The notes below the pieces were generated by a model. The model was not told the DNA's origin, did not search any database, and saw nothing but the letters and a program-made list of their open reading frames with translations. A DNA stretch of 64,000 nucleotides from a phage. The stretch is taken from sequence record PZ154896.1, one strand, 5' to 3'. Position 1 is the stretch's first letter, and every line of letters starts with the position of its first letter. Positions 1-13,199 of this stretch are shown piece by piece. The position numbers and the translations under genes are program-made.

Positions 1-2
1 AT

Positions 3-2320
<2,318 letters not shown>

Positions 2321-2346
2321 AATAAAGCAAATTAAGAGGAATTAAA

Positions 2347-4329
2347 ATGGCACTTCTCTCTCCGGGCGTTGAGCTCAAAGAAACTACCGTACAGAGTACT
2401 GTAGTTAATAACTCCACTGGTACCGCTGCCCTGGCTGGAAAATTCCAATGGGGACCTGCATTCCAGATTAAACAAATCACTGATGAAGTTGCATTGGTTG
2501 ATATGTTTGGTACTCCTAATACGGATACAGCAGATTATTTCATGTCTGCTATGAACTTCCTTCAATATGGTAATGACCTTCGTGTTGTACGCGCAGTTGA
2601 TCGTGATGCTGCTAAGAACTCATCTCCTGTAGCAGGCAATATTGAATTCACAATCTCTGCTGCTGGTAGTAACTATGCAGTTGGTGATAAAATTATCGTT
2701 AAGTATTTGACCGAAACTGTTGAAGCAGATGGTTATGTCACTTCAGTTGATGTCGATGGTAAAATTCTTAACATTTATATCCCAACCGGTAAAATTATTG
2801 CTCGTGCAAAAGAAATTAATGAATATCCGGCATTGGGTTCTAATTGGACCGCCGAAGTTGCCAGTTCTTCTTCTGGACTTTCTGGCGTTATTACAATTGG
2901 TTCTATCGTAACCGATTCAGGTATTCTGTTAACTGAAGTTGAAACTTCTGAAGAAGCTATTACTTCTCTAACTTTCCAAGAATCTATTAAAAAATACGGT
3001 GTCCCAGGCGTAGTTGCTCTTTATCCTGGTGAACTTGGCGACCAGCTCGAAATTGAAATCGTATCTAAAGCAGACTATGACAAAGGTGCTTCAGCCCAGT
3101 TAAAAATTTATCCTGATGGTGGTACTCGTGCATCTACTGCTAAAGCAATCTTTGGATATGGCCCACAAACTGATGACCAATATGCAATTATCGTTCGTCG
3201 TAACGATGCTGTAGTTCAGAGCGTAATTCTTTCTACTAAGCGTGGTGAACGCGATATTTATGGTAGTAATATCTTTATTGATGATTTCTTTGCTAAAGGC
3301 GCAAGCAATTATATTTTCGCTACTGCACAAGGTTGGCCAAAAGGTTTCTCTGGCGTAATCAAACTGAGCGGTGGCTTATCATCTAATGAAACGGTTGACG
3401 CTGGTGATTTAATGGAAGCTTGGGATTTGTTTGCTGACCGTGAATCTGTTAATGCGCAGTTGTTTATTGCCGGTTCTTGTGCAGGTGAATCTTTAGAAGT
3501 TGCTTCTACAGTTCAGAAACATGTTGTAGCAATTGGTGATTCTCGCCAAGATTGTTTGGTTCTTTGCTCACCGCCACGTGCAACTATAGTTGGTATTCCT
3601 GTTAATCGTGCAGTTGATAATCTGGTTGATTGGCGTACTGCGTCAGGAACTTACACTGATAATAACTTTAATATAAGTTCTACTTATGCTGCTATTGACG
3701 GTAACTATAAATATCAATATGACAAATATAATGACGTGAATCGTTGGGTTCCATTAGCTGCTGATATTGCTGGTCTTTGTGCTCGCACAGACAATATTTC
3801 TCAGCCTTGGATGTCTCCTGCCGGTTATAACCGTGGACAAATTCTTAACGTTATTAAGCTTGCAATTGAAACTCGCCAACCACAGCGTGATCGTTTGTAT
3901 CAGGAAGCTATTAACCCTGTTACTGGTACCGGTGGTGATGGGTATGTTCTGTATGGTGATAAAACTGCCACTTCTGTTCCTTCACCATTTGACCGTATTA
4001 ACGTTCGTCGTTTGTTCAATATGGTTAAAACGAACATTGGTTCAGCATCTAAATATCGCCTGTTTGAATTGAACAACGCATTTACCCGTTCTTCTTTCCG
4101 TACAGAGACTTCTCAATATCTACAGGGTATTAAAGCTCTTGGTGGTGTATATAACTTTAAAGTTGTTTGTGATACTACCAATAACACCCCAGCAGTTATC
4201 GACCGTAATGAATTTGTAGCTACTTTCTACTTACAACCTGCCCGCTCGATAAATTATATTACGTTGAACTTTGTAGCAACAGCAACTGGTGCCGATTTCG
4301 ACGAACTAATTGGTACTGTAAGTGGCTAA
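2347..4329 (+). CDS. 18: contractile tail sheath protein
   Basis: 660 aa vs 659 in T4; SD AAGAGGA upstream; late promoter upstream. Confidence 0.95.
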   Translation: MALLSPGVELKETTVQSTVVNNSTGTAALAGKFQWGPAFQIKQITDEVALVDMFGTPNTDTADYFMSAMNFLQYGNDLRVVRAVDRDAAKNSSPVAGNIEFTISAAGSNYAVGDKIIVKYLTETVEADGYVTSVDVDGKILNIYIPTGKIIARAKEINEYPALGSNWTAEVASSSSGLSGVITIGSIVTDSGILLTEVETSEEAITSLTFQESIKKYGVPGVVALYPGELGDQLEIEIVSKADYDKGASAQLKIYPDGGTRASTAKAIFGYGPQTDDQYAIIVRRNDAVVQSVILSTKRGERDIYGSNIFIDDFFAKGASNYIFATAQGWPKGFSGVIKLSGGLSSNETVDAGDLMEAWDLFADRESVNAQLFIAGSCAGESLEVASTVQKHVVAIGDSRQDCLVLCSPPRATIVGIPVNRAVDNLVDWRTASGTYTDNNFNISSTYAAIDGNYKYQYDKYNDVNRWVPLAADIAGLCARTDNISQPWMSPAGYNRGQILNVIKLAIETRQPQRDRLYQEAINPVTGTGGDGYVLYGDKTATSVPSPFDRINVRRLFNMVKTNIGSASKYRLFELNNAFTRSSFRTETSQYLQGIKALGGVYNFKVVCDTTNNTPAVIDRNEFVATFYLQPARSINYITLNFVATATGADFDELIGTVSG

Positions 4330-4341
4330 TAAGACGCCTGA

Positions 4342-4363
4342 TGGGCTATTTCGGTAGCCCATA
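4342..4363 (+). terminator. hairpin after gene 18
   Basis: 8-bp stem ATGGGCTA/TAGCCCAT with 6-nt loop. Confidence 0.45.
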
Positions 4364-4370
4364 TAAATAT
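4363..4370 (+). promoter_or_regulatory. late promoter TATAAATA for gene 19
   Basis: exact motif in 18-19 intergenic region. Confidence 0.6.
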
Positions 4371-4442
4371 AACTATATCGTTTAAAAATTAATTCTATGG
4401 GCATCTGGTTAATCCTAAGCCCATATTACTACAGAGGCTAAT

Positions 4443-4934
4443 ATGTTTGTAGATGACGTAACTCGTGCCTTCGAATCAGGTGATTTCGCTCGCCCTAACC
4501 TGTTTGAAGTAGAAATCTCTTATCTTGGGCAAAACTTTAGCTTCCAGTGTCGTGCTACGGCTCTTCCTGCTGCGATCGTTGAAAAGGTTCCTGTTTCTTA
4601 TATGAACCGTAAAATTAACGTGGCCGGTGATCGTACATTCGATGATTGGACTATTACAGTAATGAACGATGATGCTCATAGCATTCGTCAGAAATTTGTT
4701 GATTGGCAAGGTATTGCAGCAGGACAAGGTAATGAAATTACCGGTGGTAAACCTGCTGAATATAAAAAGACTGCTATCGTTCGTCAATTTGCTCGTGATG
4801 CTAAAACCGTCACTAAAGAAGTTGAAATTGTCGGCTTGTGGCCTACTAACGTTGGTGAAGTATCTCTTGACTGGGACAGCAATAACGAGATTGAAACGTT
4901 CGAAGTAACTCTTGCTCTTGATTGGTGGGAATAA
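4443..4934 (+). CDS. 19: tail tube protein
   Basis: 163 aa; position and size as T4 gp19. Confidence 0.93.
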   Translation: MFVDDVTRAFESGDFARPNLFEVEISYLGQNFSFQCRATALPAAIVEKVPVSYMNRKINVAGDRTFDDWTITVMNDDAHSIRQKFVDWQGIAAGQGNEITGGKPAEYKKTAIVRQFARDAKTVTKEVEIVGLWPTNVGEVSLDWDSNNEIETFEVTLALDWWE

Positions 4935-4940
4935 TCTGGT

Positions 4941-4956
4941 TGGGGAGAAATCCCCA
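4941..4956 (+). terminator. GNRA-tetraloop hairpin after gene 19
   Basis: TGGGGA-GAAA-TCCCCA. Confidence 0.45.
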
Positions 4957-4982
4957 GCTTCCCGTGATGACGGAGAAGTCCA

Positions 4983-4990
4983 TATAAATA
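4983..4990 (+). promoter_or_regulatory. late promoter TATAAATA for gene 20
   Basis: exact motif about 30 nt before ATG. Confidence 0.6.
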
Positions 4991-5018
4991 TAACTATAAT
5001 TCCCATTCGGAGAATACA

Positions 5019-6590
5019 ATGAAATTTAATATCTTAAGTTTGTTTGCTCCATGGGCAAAAATGGACGAACGTGATTACAAAGACCAAGAAAAAGAAAATT
5101 TAGAATCTATCACCACACCAAAATTGGACGACGGCGCTAAAGAATATGAAGTATCTGAAAATGAAGCACAGCAAACATATAATGCTATGTTTCAGAGAAT
5201 GTTCGGTAGTCAAGAACCAGGGCTCAAATCAACCCGTGAATTAATCGATACGTATCGAAATTTGATGACGAACTATGAAGTGGATAACGCGGTCTCTGAA
5301 ATAGTTTCCGATGCTATCGTGTATGAAGATGATACAGAAGTCGTTTCTATAAATTTAGACAACACAAAATTTAGTCCAAATATCAAATCAATGATGTTGG
5401 ATGAATTTAACGAAGTGTTAAATCATTTATCTTTCCAACGTAAAGGTTCAGATCATTTTAGACGTTGGTATGTGGATTCTCGAATTTTCTTCCATAAAAT
5501 TATTGACCCTAAACGCCCTAAAGAAGGTATTAAAGAGCTTCGTCGTTTAGACCCACGTCAAGTTCAATATGTCCGTGAAGTTATTACAACCACTGAAGCC
5601 GGTGTTAAAATAGTCAAGGGTTATAAAGAATATTTCATTTATGACACATCACAAGAATCTTATGCTTGCGATGGTCGCATATATGAAGCTGGCACAAAAA
5701 TAAAAATCCCTAAAGCCGCGATTGTTTATGCCCATTCTGGTTTAGTTGATTGTTGTGGTAAAAATATCATCGGTTATTTGCATCGGGCTATTAAGCCAGC
5801 GAACCAATTAAAACTTCTTGAAGATGCCGTAGTAATTTATCGTATTACTCGTGCTCCCGATCGTCGTGTATGGTACGTTGATACAGGTAATATGCCTTCA
5901 AGAAAAGCAGCAGAACATATGCAACATGTTATGAATACGATGAAAAACCGTATTGCATATGATGCTACTACAGGCAAGATTAAAAACCAGCAGCATATTA
6001 TGTCGATGACCGAAGATTATTGGTTACAACGACGTGATGGTAAAGCAGTAACAGAAGTTGACACATTACCAGGTGCAGATAATACTGGAAATATGGAAGA
6101 TGTACGTTGGTTCCGTAATGCGCTTTATATGGCTTTACGTATTCCTATTACCCGTATTCCAAGTGACCAAGGTGGTATACAGTTTGATGCTGGTACTTCT
6201 ATTACACGAGATGAATTGACATTTGGTAAATTTATTCGTGAGCTGCAACATAAATTTGAAGAGATATTCCTAGACCCGCTTAAAACTAATTTAATTCTTA
6301 AAGGAATTATTACAGAAGATGAGTGGAATGATGAAATAAATAATATTAAGATAAAATTTCATCGGGATAGTTATTTCTCGGAATTAAAGGATGCTGAGAT
6401 TCTGGAGCGTCGCATTAATATGCTTCAGATGGCCGAACCATTTATTGGTAAATATATTTCTCACAGAACAGCTATGAAAGATATTCTTCAGATGTCTGAC
6501 GAGGAAATTGAACAAGAGGCTAAGCAAATTGAAGAAGAGTCGAAAGAGGCTCGTTTCCAAGACCCCGACCAAGAACAAGAGGATTTTTAA
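5019..6590 (+). CDS. 20: portal vertex protein
   Basis: 523 aa; position after gene 19 and size as T4 gp20. Confidence 0.94.
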   Translation: MKFNILSLFAPWAKMDERDYKDQEKENLESITTPKLDDGAKEYEVSENEAQQTYNAMFQRMFGSQEPGLKSTRELIDTYRNLMTNYEVDNAVSEIVSDAIVYEDDTEVVSINLDNTKFSPNIKSMMLDEFNEVLNHLSFQRKGSDHFRRWYVDSRIFFHKIIDPKRPKEGIKELRRLDPRQVQYVREVITTTEAGVKIVKGYKEYFIYDTSQESYACDGRIYEAGTKIKIPKAAIVYAHSGLVDCCGKNIIGYLHRAIKPANQLKLLEDAVVIYRITRAPDRRVWYVDTGNMPSRKAAEHMQHVMNTMKNRIAYDATTGKIKNQQHIMSMTEDYWLQRRDGKAVTEVDTLPGADNTGNMEDVRWFRNALYMALRIPITRIPSDQGGIQFDAGTSITRDELTFGKFIRELQHKFEEIFLDPLKTNLILKGIITEDEWNDEINNIKIKFHRDSYFSELKDAEILERRINMLQMAEPFIGKYISHRTAMKDILQMSDEEIEQEAKQIEEESKEARFQDPDQEQEDF

Positions 6591-6826
6591 TGGACGATTT
6601 AATTCAAGCTATTAAATCAAACGACCTCGTTGCTACTCGAAAGTTTTTTGAAAGTGCAATGGCAGAAAAAACGGTTCGTTTGATTGAAGCACGCAAAGCA
6701 GAAATCGCTTCTCAATTTTTGATTGAAGGCGAAGAACCTGAAGAAGAAAAGAAAGCTAAAGCTTCGGAAGACGACGCTGATGAAGGCGATGACGACGAAG
6801 ACGAAGATGATGAGGACGATGAATAA
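6590..6826 (+). CDS. 67: prohead core protein with poly-acidic C-terminal tail
   Basis: 78 aa; position between 20 and 68; C-terminal D/E run. Confidence 0.8.
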   Translation: MDDLIQAIKSNDLVATRKFFESAMAEKTVRLIEARKAEIASQFLIEGEEPEEEKKAKASEDDADEGDDDEDEDDEDDE

Positions 6827-7251
6827 TGTATCTTATCCCTGAATCTTATGAATTGGTACTCGAAAATGTCGAAGCACTTATTCCTGAAGCACAGGGCCGA
6901 ATCGATGCATTGTCTTCTGCTCTCGATATTGACGATATAAATACTATTATCGAGAACATGCTTGAAACTGAAACGGATTTAGCTGTTGCAATGGCTTCCA
7001 TTATTAATGAAGAACAGTTAAATGAGTTTATCGTTAAACATGTTTCTTCTCGTGGTGAAGTCACTCGCACTAAAGACCGTAAAACTCGTGAACGTAACGC
7101 GTTCCAAACAACTGGTCTTTCTAAAGCAAAACGTAGACAAATCGCTCGTAAGGTCGTTAAAGCTAAAAAAGCTAACCCTTCAGGCCAAGTTAAAGGCTTG
7201 CGTAAGCGTAAAAAAGCTCTTAAACGTCGTAAAGCATTAGGATTAAGCTAA
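6826..7251 (+). CDS. 68: prohead core protein
   Basis: 141 aa; basic C-terminus; synteny with T4 gene 68. Confidence 0.8.
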   Translation: MYLIPESYELVLENVEALIPEAQGRIDALSSALDIDDINTIIENMLETETDLAVAMASIINEEQLNEFIVKHVSSRGEVTRTKDRKTRERNAFQTTGLSKAKRRQIARKVVKAKKANPSGQVKGLRKRKKALKRRKALGLS

Positions 7252-7892
7252 TGAATAAACCCGAGTTACTTATTGAAACTTGGGGTCAACCCGGTGAGAT
7301 TATTGATGGCGTTCCAATGTTGGAATCTCATGATGGAAAAGATTCTGGCTTAAAACCAGGGCTTTATATAGAAGGTATTTTTCTTCAGGCAGAGGTTGTT
7401 AACCGAAATAAACGTTTATATCCTAAACGTGTTTTGGAAAAAGCAGTAAGTGACTATATTAAAGAACAAGTCGAAACCAAACAAGCCCTTGGAGAATTAA
7501 ACCATCCACCTCGTGCAAATGTTGACCCCATGCAAGCCGCTATCATTATTGAAGATATGTGGTGGAAAGGAAACGATGTATATGGACGTGCTAGAATTAT
7601 TGAAGGCGACCATGGTCCCGGCGATAAATTAGCTGCTAATATACGCGCTGGTTGGATTCCAGGTGTTTCCTCTCGTGGTCTTGGTTCTTTAACCGACACC
7701 AATAAAGGGTACCGTATCGTGAACGAAGGATTTAAATTAACCGTCGGCGTAGATGCCGTATGGGGACCTTCTGCTCCAGATGCTTGGGTTACTCCTAAAC
7801 AAATATCAGAATCAGAAAATTCGGTGGAAATCACCAAAAACAGTGCTGATGAAGCATTTAAAGCTCTCACAGAGAGTTTAAAAGCATTATAA
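7251..7892 (+). CDS. 21: prohead protease
   Basis: 213 aa; synteny and size as T4 gp21. Confidence 0.9.
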   Translation: MNKPELLIETWGQPGEIIDGVPMLESHDGKDSGLKPGLYIEGIFLQAEVVNRNKRLYPKRVLEKAVSDYIKEQVETKQALGELNHPPRANVDPMQAAIIIEDMWWKGNDVYGRARIIEGDHGPGDKLAANIRAGWIPGVSSRGLGSLTDTNKGYRIVNEGFKLTVGVDAVWGPSAPDAWVTPKQISESENSVEITKNSADEAFKALTESLKAL

Positions 7893-7895
7893 ATA
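7888..7895 (+). promoter_or_regulatory. late promoter TATAAATA for gene 22
   Basis: exact motif overlapping gene 21 stop. Confidence 0.6.
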
Positions 7896-7925
7896 ATAAT
7901 GTAATCTAAACCACAGGACACTAAA

Positions 7926-8738
7926 ATGATCAAAGAACAACTTTTGAAAGAAGCTCAAAACATCGAGACTTCAGTTGCTCTTAATAGTGTTTTCGAATCA
8001 GTAGAACTGTCTCCGGACGTTAAAGCTAATTTCAGCACTGTATTCGAAGCCACCGTTAAGCAGGAAGCAGTCAAACTGGCTGAATCTCATATCAAAGCCA
8101 TCGCCGAAAAGGCCGAAGAAGAAGTTGAAAAGGCTAAAGAAGATGCTGAAGAGAAAGCTGATAAAAAATTGGCTGAACAAGCTTCTAAATTCCTAGACCA
8201 TCTTGCAAAAGAATGGCTCGCAGAAAACCAAATCGCAGTTGATAAAGGCATTAAAGCTGATTTGTTCGAATCCATGCTTGGTGGTCTGAAAGAACTGTTT
8301 GTTGAACATAACGTTGTTGTTCCAGAAGAATCTGTAGATGTTGTAGCAGAAATGGAAGAAGAGCTGGCCGAACATAAAGAAGAAACCGCTCGTTTGTTCG
8401 AAGAAGTTACCAAACGTGATGCATATATCAATTACGTTCAGCGTGAAACCGCTATTAATGAAAGCGTAAAAGACCTGACTGAATCTCAGAAAGAAAAAGT
8501 TATTGGCCTGGTTGAAGGTATGGATTATTCTGACGCATTTGGTACTAAGTTAACTGCTATTGTAGAAATGGTTAAAGGTTCTACTAAAGAAGAAGCCGCT
8601 ATTACCGAAAATATAAATACAGTTGACAATGACGCTGCCGGTCTTAATTTTGTTGCCGAAGCAGTTGACACTACCACAACTCAGGTAGAACAGAATTCTA
8701 ATGTAAGTTTATATGCGAAAGTCGCATCTCGTTTCTAA
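7926..8738 (+). CDS. 22: prohead scaffolding core protein
   Basis: 270 aa; highly acidic coiled-coil-like composition; synteny. Confidence 0.9.
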   Translation: MIKEQLLKEAQNIETSVALNSVFESVELSPDVKANFSTVFEATVKQEAVKLAESHIKAIAEKAEEEVEKAKEDAEEKADKKLAEQASKFLDHLAKEWLAENQIAVDKGIKADLFESMLGGLKELFVEHNVVVPEESVDVVAEMEEELAEHKEETARLFEEVTKRDAYINYVQRETAINESVKDLTESQKEKVIGLVEGMDYSDAFGTKLTAIVEMVKGSTKEEAAITENINTVDNDAAGLNFVAEAVDTTTTQVEQNSNVSLYAKVASRF

Positions 8739-8755
8739 TTTAAAGGTTAACACAA

Positions 8756-10324
8756 ATGACTACTATCAAAACTAAAGCTCAGCTCGTAGACAAATGGAAA
8801 GAACTGCTGGAAGGTGAAGGCCTGCCGGAAATCGCTAATAGCAAGCAGGCTATTATCGCTAAAATCTTCGAAAACCAGGAAAAAGATTTCGAAGTATCCC
8901 CTGAATATAAAGACGAGAAAATCGCTCAGGCATTTGGTTCTTTCTTGACCGAAGCTGAAATTGGTGGGGACCATGGTTATAATGCTCAGAACATCGCAGC
9001 AGGTCAAACCTCTGGTGCAGTAACCCAAATTGGGCCGGCAGTTATGGGTATGGTTCGTCGTGCTATTCCTAATCTGATCGCTTTTGATATTTGTGGTGTT
9101 CAGCCTATGAACAGCCCTACCGGTCAGGTATTTGCTCTCCGTGCAGTATATGGTAAAGACCCTATCGCTGCTGACGCTAAAGAAGCTTTCCATCCGATGT
9201 ATGCTCCAGACGCGATGTTCTCTGGTCAGGGTGCTGCTAAGAAATTCCCAGCTCTGGCTGCTAGCACACAAACCGTTGTAGGTGATATCTATACTCACTT
9301 CTTCCAGGACACTGGTACTGTGTATCTACAAGCTTCCGCTGTAGTAACAATTGATGCTGGTGCTACCGATGCAACTAAATTAGATGCTGAAATTAAGAAA
9401 CAAATGGAAGCTGGTGCACTGGTAGAAATCGCTGAAGGTATGGCTACTTCTATCGCTGAACTTCAGGAAGGCTTCAATGGTTCTACCGACAACCCGTGGA
9501 ATGAAATGGGCTTCCGTATCGACAAACAAGTTATTGAAGCTAAATCTCGTCAGCTGAAAGCAGCTTACTCCATCGAATTGGCACAAGACCTCCGTGCAGT
9601 ACACGGTATGGATGCTGATGCTGAACTGAGCGGTATTCTTGCTACTGAAATTATGCTGGAAATCAACCGTGAAGTTGTTGACTGGATTAACTACTCCGCT
9701 CAGGTTGGTAAATCTGGTATGACTAATATCGTTGGTTCTAAAGCTGGTGTATTTGACTTCCAGGACCCGATTGATATCCGTGGTGCTCGTTGGGCCGGTG
9801 AAAGCTTTAAAGCTCTGTTGTTCCAGATTGATAAAGAAGCAGTTGAAATTGCTCGTCAAACCGGTCGTGGTGAAGGTAACTTCATTATCGCTTCCCGTAA
9901 CGTAGTTAACGTACTGGCTTCAGTTGATACTGGTATTTCTTACGCTGCACAGGGTCTGGCTTCTGGTTTTAATACCGACACTACTAAATCTGTATTTGCC
10001 GGTGTACTTGGTGGTAAATACCGCGTATATATCGACCAGTATGCTAAACAGGATTACTTCACCGTTGGTTACAAAGGCGCTAACGAAATGGATGCAGGTA
10101 TTTACTATGCTCCTTACGTTGCACTTACCCCACTGCGTGGTTCCGATCCTAAGAACTTCCAGCCGGTAATGGGCTTTAAAACTCGTTACGGTATCGGTGT
10201 CAACCCGTTTGCTGAAAGTTCCCTGCAGGCTCCAGGTGCTCGCATCCAGTCCGGTATGCCGTCTATCCTGAACAGCCTTGGTAAGAACGCTTACTTTAGA
10301 CGCGTCTACGTTAAAGGAATTTAA
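8756..10324 (+). CDS. 23: major capsid protein
   Basis: 522 aa vs 521 in T4; strongly biased codon usage typical of a highly expressed gene. Confidence 0.97.
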   Translation: MTTIKTKAQLVDKWKELLEGEGLPEIANSKQAIIAKIFENQEKDFEVSPEYKDEKIAQAFGSFLTEAEIGGDHGYNAQNIAAGQTSGAVTQIGPAVMGMVRRAIPNLIAFDICGVQPMNSPTGQVFALRAVYGKDPIAADAKEAFHPMYAPDAMFSGQGAAKKFPALAASTQTVVGDIYTHFFQDTGTVYLQASAVVTIDAGATDATKLDAEIKKQMEAGALVEIAEGMATSIAELQEGFNGSTDNPWNEMGFRIDKQVIEAKSRQLKAAYSIELAQDLRAVHGMDADAELSGILATEIMLEINREVVDWINYSAQVGKSGMTNIVGSKAGVFDFQDPIDIRGARWAGESFKALLFQIDKEAVEIARQTGRGEGNFIIASRNVVNVLASVDTGISYAAQGLASGFNTDTTKSVFAGVLGGKYRVYIDQYAKQDYFTVGYKGANEMDAGIYYAPYVALTPLRGSDPKNFQPVMGFKTRYGIGVNPFAESSLQAPGARIQSGMPSILNSLGKNAYFRRVYVKGI

Positions 10325-10352
10325 TGCTTTAACGTTAAAATACATAACCTTA

Positions 10353-10372
10353 TGGGAGACTTCGGTCTCCCA
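10353..10372. terminator. bidirectional UUCG-tetraloop terminator between gene 23 and the convergent antisense gene
   Basis: TGGGAGAC-TTCG-GTCTCCCA followed by TTCTTGTTT. Confidence 0.65.
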
Positions 10373-10386
10373 TTCTTGTTTCTATA

Positions 10387-10653
10387 CTATGCAATCTTAA
10401 CTCGGCGGTTGATGATATCACGGAAGTCAATACGATTTTCTTGGATTTTCAGCCAGTTACCAGATTTGTCTTTGGTATGGGTAGAATATTCACCGTTCCA
10501 CCAGAAGTCGGTTTCATAAGCCAAGGCTTCGTATTTCTTAACCAATGCATTAACTGCATTACCGTTAGGATTGGTACCAAATTTTTCTACCAGAGCTTTG
10601 ATGTCTTTGTCAAGGTTAGAAAGTGTGGTACGGATAAAGTTTAATTTGTTCAT
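10387..10653 (-). CDS. hypothetical protein, antisense to the head gene cluster
   Basis: 88 aa from second ATG, which has SD GAGGAGA; the first ATG of the track ORF (10668) has no SD; own early-type promoter upstream and hairpin terminator downstream. Confidence 0.55.
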   Translation of the reverse strand: MNKLNFIRTTLSNLDKDIKALVEKFGTNPNGNAVNALVKKYEALAYETDFWWNGEYSTHTKDKSGNWLKIQENRIDFRDIINRRVKIA

Positions 10654-10682
10654 TTTTAATCTCCTCATGTTTTGATAGGTCT

Positions 10683-10712
10683 ATAGTAACACAACGCTTT
10701 TTGTGTGTAAAC
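10683..10712 (-). promoter_or_regulatory. early sigma70-type promoter (GTTTAC-N18-TACTAT) for the antisense 88-aa gene
   Basis: -35 GTTTAC and -10 TACTATAG on - strand. Confidence 0.5.
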
Positions 10713-10718
10713 CACTTT

Positions 10719-10726
10719 TATAAATA
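10719..10726 (+). promoter_or_regulatory. late promoter TATAAATA for gene 24
   Basis: exact motif about 30 nt before ATG. Confidence 0.6.
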
Positions 10727-10756
10727 AAATTATATTCTCAATAAGGAAAAAATGCA

Positions 10757-12040
10757 ATGAGTAAAATCCAAAAATTATTGCGTGAATCTACAACGTCTAC
10801 TAGCAACTCAATTGGTCGCCCAAATCTCGTTGCTTTGACTCGCGCTACGACTAAATTAATATATTCTGACATTGTAGCAACACAAAGAACTAATCAACCT
10901 GTTGCTGCTTTTTATGGTATCAAATATCTTAACCCAGATAACGAATTCACATTTAAAACTGGCGCTACTTATGCAGGCGAAGTTGGATATGTAGACCGAG
11001 AAAAAATTACTGAGCTCACAGAAGAATCAAAAGTCACACTAAATAAAGGCGATTTTTTCAAATATAATAATATCGTCTATAAAGTGTTAGAAGATACACC
11101 GTTTGCAGATATTCAAGAAAGTGATCTAGAATTAGCTCTTCAGATTGCAATCGTTCATTTAAAGGTACGGTTATTTTCAGATGCAGCGGTAACAAGCAAA
11201 TTTGAAAGCTCGGGTAGCGAAATTTCTGATGCAAGATTCCAGATTAATAAATGGCAAACTTCAGTCAAATCTCGTAAACTTAAAACTGGCCTCACGGTTG
11301 AATTAGCGCAAGATTTGGAAGCGAATGGATTTGATGCCCCTAACTTCTTAGAAGATTTGCTTGCTACTGAAATGGCTGATGAAATTAATAAAGATATTCT
11401 TCAGTCTTTAATTACTGTATCGAAACGTTATAAAGTTACTGGAATTACTGACACTGGATTTATTGACTTGAGCTATGCATCCGCTCCAGAAGCAGGTCGT
11501 TCATTATATCGAATGGTGTGTGAAATGGTATCACACATTCAAAAAGAGACAACTTATACTGCAACGTTTTGTGTAGCCTCAGCTCGTGCAGCTGCTATTC
11601 TTGCTGCTTCCGGTTGGTTAAAACATAAGCCAGAAGATGACAAGTATCTTTCACAAAATGCTTATGGATTCTTGGCAAATGGATTACCTCTTTACTGCGA
11701 TACCAACAGCCCATTAGATTATGTTATTGTGGGTGTTGTAGAAAATCTCGGCGAAAAAGAAATTGTAGGGTCCATCTTTTATGCTCCATACACTGAAGGA
11801 GTAGATTTAGATGACCCAGAACATGTTGGTGCATTTAAAGTTGTAGTTGATCCGGAAAGCTTGCAACCGTCTATCGGATTATTGGTTAGATATGCTTTAT
11901 CAGCAAATCCTTACACAGTAGCAAAAGATGAAAAAGAAGCGAGAATAATTGATGGCGGGGACATGGATAAAATGGCAGGACGTTCAGACTTGTCTGTTTT
12001 ACTCGGTGTTAAACTACCAAAAATTATCATTGATGAATAA
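10757..12040 (+). CDS. 24: capsid vertex protein
   Basis: 427 aa as in T4 gp24; late promoter upstream. Confidence 0.93.
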   Translation: MSKIQKLLRESTTSTSNSIGRPNLVALTRATTKLIYSDIVATQRTNQPVAAFYGIKYLNPDNEFTFKTGATYAGEVGYVDREKITELTEESKVTLNKGDFFKYNNIVYKVLEDTPFADIQESDLELALQIAIVHLKVRLFSDAAVTSKFESSGSEISDARFQINKWQTSVKSRKLKTGLTVELAQDLEANGFDAPNFLEDLLATEMADEINKDILQSLITVSKRYKVTGITDTGFIDLSYASAPEAGRSLYRMVCEMVSHIQKETTYTATFCVASARAAAILAASGWLKHKPEDDKYLSQNAYGFLANGLPLYCDTNSPLDYVIVGVVENLGEKEIVGSIFYAPYTEGVDLDDPEHVGAFKVVVDPESLQPSIGLLVRYALSANPYTVAKDEKEARIIDGGDMDKMAGRSDLSVLLGVKLPKIIIDE

Positions 12041-12046
12041 AAAAAA

Positions 12047-12064
12047 GGGGACCTTACGGTCCCC
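12047..12064. terminator. bidirectional intrinsic terminator between genes 24 and rnlB
   Basis: GGGGACC-TTAC-GGTCCCC flanked by A8 upstream and T10 downstream. Confidence 0.8.
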
Positions 12065-12072
12065 TTTTTTTT

Positions 12073-13080
12073 TTATGATACTAATTCAATCCATGCAGGA
12101 CGCAGAACATCTTGCACCATTCGGACCAATTCTTTCTTAACAAGATTCGGATTATCAGATGATGTTAATACAATACCTTCACGAGAAGTTTCTTCCAGAA
12201 TATCTTGAACAGTCAATCCCATCACTTTGCCAAAATCTTTTGGCGTTACAGTCCCAATCTTAGAAATCACATTATTAACACGATTTAATGTAACATAACA
12301 AGCTAGAACATTAAGCAAGTTTTTGTCAATTTCGGTTAATGGAACCTGAGTTTTAATAGGCTTATCAGACTTTTTCTTTTCACTGAATTTAGAGTTCTTG
12401 CACTTAATAGCTACACGAGTACCGTTTGGCAGCCATTTAGGGAAACAAGGCTTCAGAACATAACCTTCTGCTGTATTATCGCCAATAACATTAGCATCAA
12501 ATACACAATTATTTGCTTCGACAAGGTCTTCTGACGCAGTAGCATTATAAGCGGCTAAGACTGAATCAAGGTCATTTGGAATCATGATAAGAGAATCAAA
12601 TGTTCCACGACCAAGCATTGGTGCCATTTTAAAACCAAACGTATTACAGAAATCTTGCATTTCGTAATCACTCATATAATAAGTATCATCACTTTCCGTG
12701 TTTATGATGATATCGAACACATAAAAATCTTTTTCACCGTAGTCAACACCTTTCTGGATTCCACCACCGGCGAATTCACCAAAGACTTGATATGACACCG
12801 GCACTGAAGTTGAAATACTTTCCATGACTTCTTGAACACCTTTAATAGCTTTATCATACTTCTTGAGTACGATTTCATAGCCGTAAAAATCTTCTGCTGG
12901 AAGAATAGGGCCTGTGCGCTTGGCGCATGTGACGTTGTCACGTTCAATTATTAACGAGAAGTTGGTCCCATGGATTTTCTCACGTGCTACCCAAACACCG
13001 GTAGTCAAACCATTAGTGTAGAGTTTTTCAATAAACTTAGAGTTGTAGTGGTTTTCAAGACTGCTGTATTTCTTAAACAT
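12073..13080 (-). CDS. rnlB: RNA ligase 2
   Basis: 335 aa; full-length match to T4 Rnl2 including ligase KxHGxN motif (KIHGTN). Confidence 0.94.
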   Translation of the reverse strand: MFKKYSSLENHYNSKFIEKLYTNGLTTGVWVAREKIHGTNFSLIIERDNVTCAKRTGPILPAEDFYGYEIVLKKYDKAIKGVQEVMESISTSVPVSYQVFGEFAGGGIQKGVDYGEKDFYVFDIIINTESDDTYYMSDYEMQDFCNTFGFKMAPMLGRGTFDSLIMIPNDLDSVLAAYNATASEDLVEANNCVFDANVIGDNTAEGYVLKPCFPKWLPNGTRVAIKCKNSKFSEKKKSDKPIKTQVPLTEIDKNLLNVLACYVTLNRVNNVISKIGTVTPKDFGKVMGLTVQDILEETSREGIVLTSSDNPNLVKKELVRMVQDVLRPAWIELVS

Positions 13081-13171
13081 AAATCACCATTATAAATAAT
13101 AATATCAAAATAATTAGCAGAGACTCTATCTCTGACCCAATGTTTAATTTGAATGGATAGAACCTAGATTC

Positions 13172-13198
13172 ATTATACCATCAAAAAATGTAAAGCAT
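13172..13198 (-). promoter_or_regulatory. candidate MotA-dependent middle promoter for rnlB
   Basis: - strand ATGCTTTA (MotA-box-like) 13 nt upstream of TATAAT. Confidence 0.35.
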
Positions 13199-13199
13199 A

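Noticed and set aside
8087-8431. Antisense ORFs embedded in large genes (for example 8087..8431 in gene 22, 189..389 in gene 16, 27144..27461 in alt, 40480..41004 in rnlA, 48087..48566 in gene 32)
   Set aside because: They lie wholly within well-supported genes on the opposite strand, lack an SD, and have low-complexity or stop-poor composition typical of shadow ORFs
13091-13098. + strand TATAAATA between rnlB and the 24.2-like gene
   Set aside because: Both flanking genes are on the - strand and there is no + strand ORF downstream; probably a chance match in AT-rich DNA
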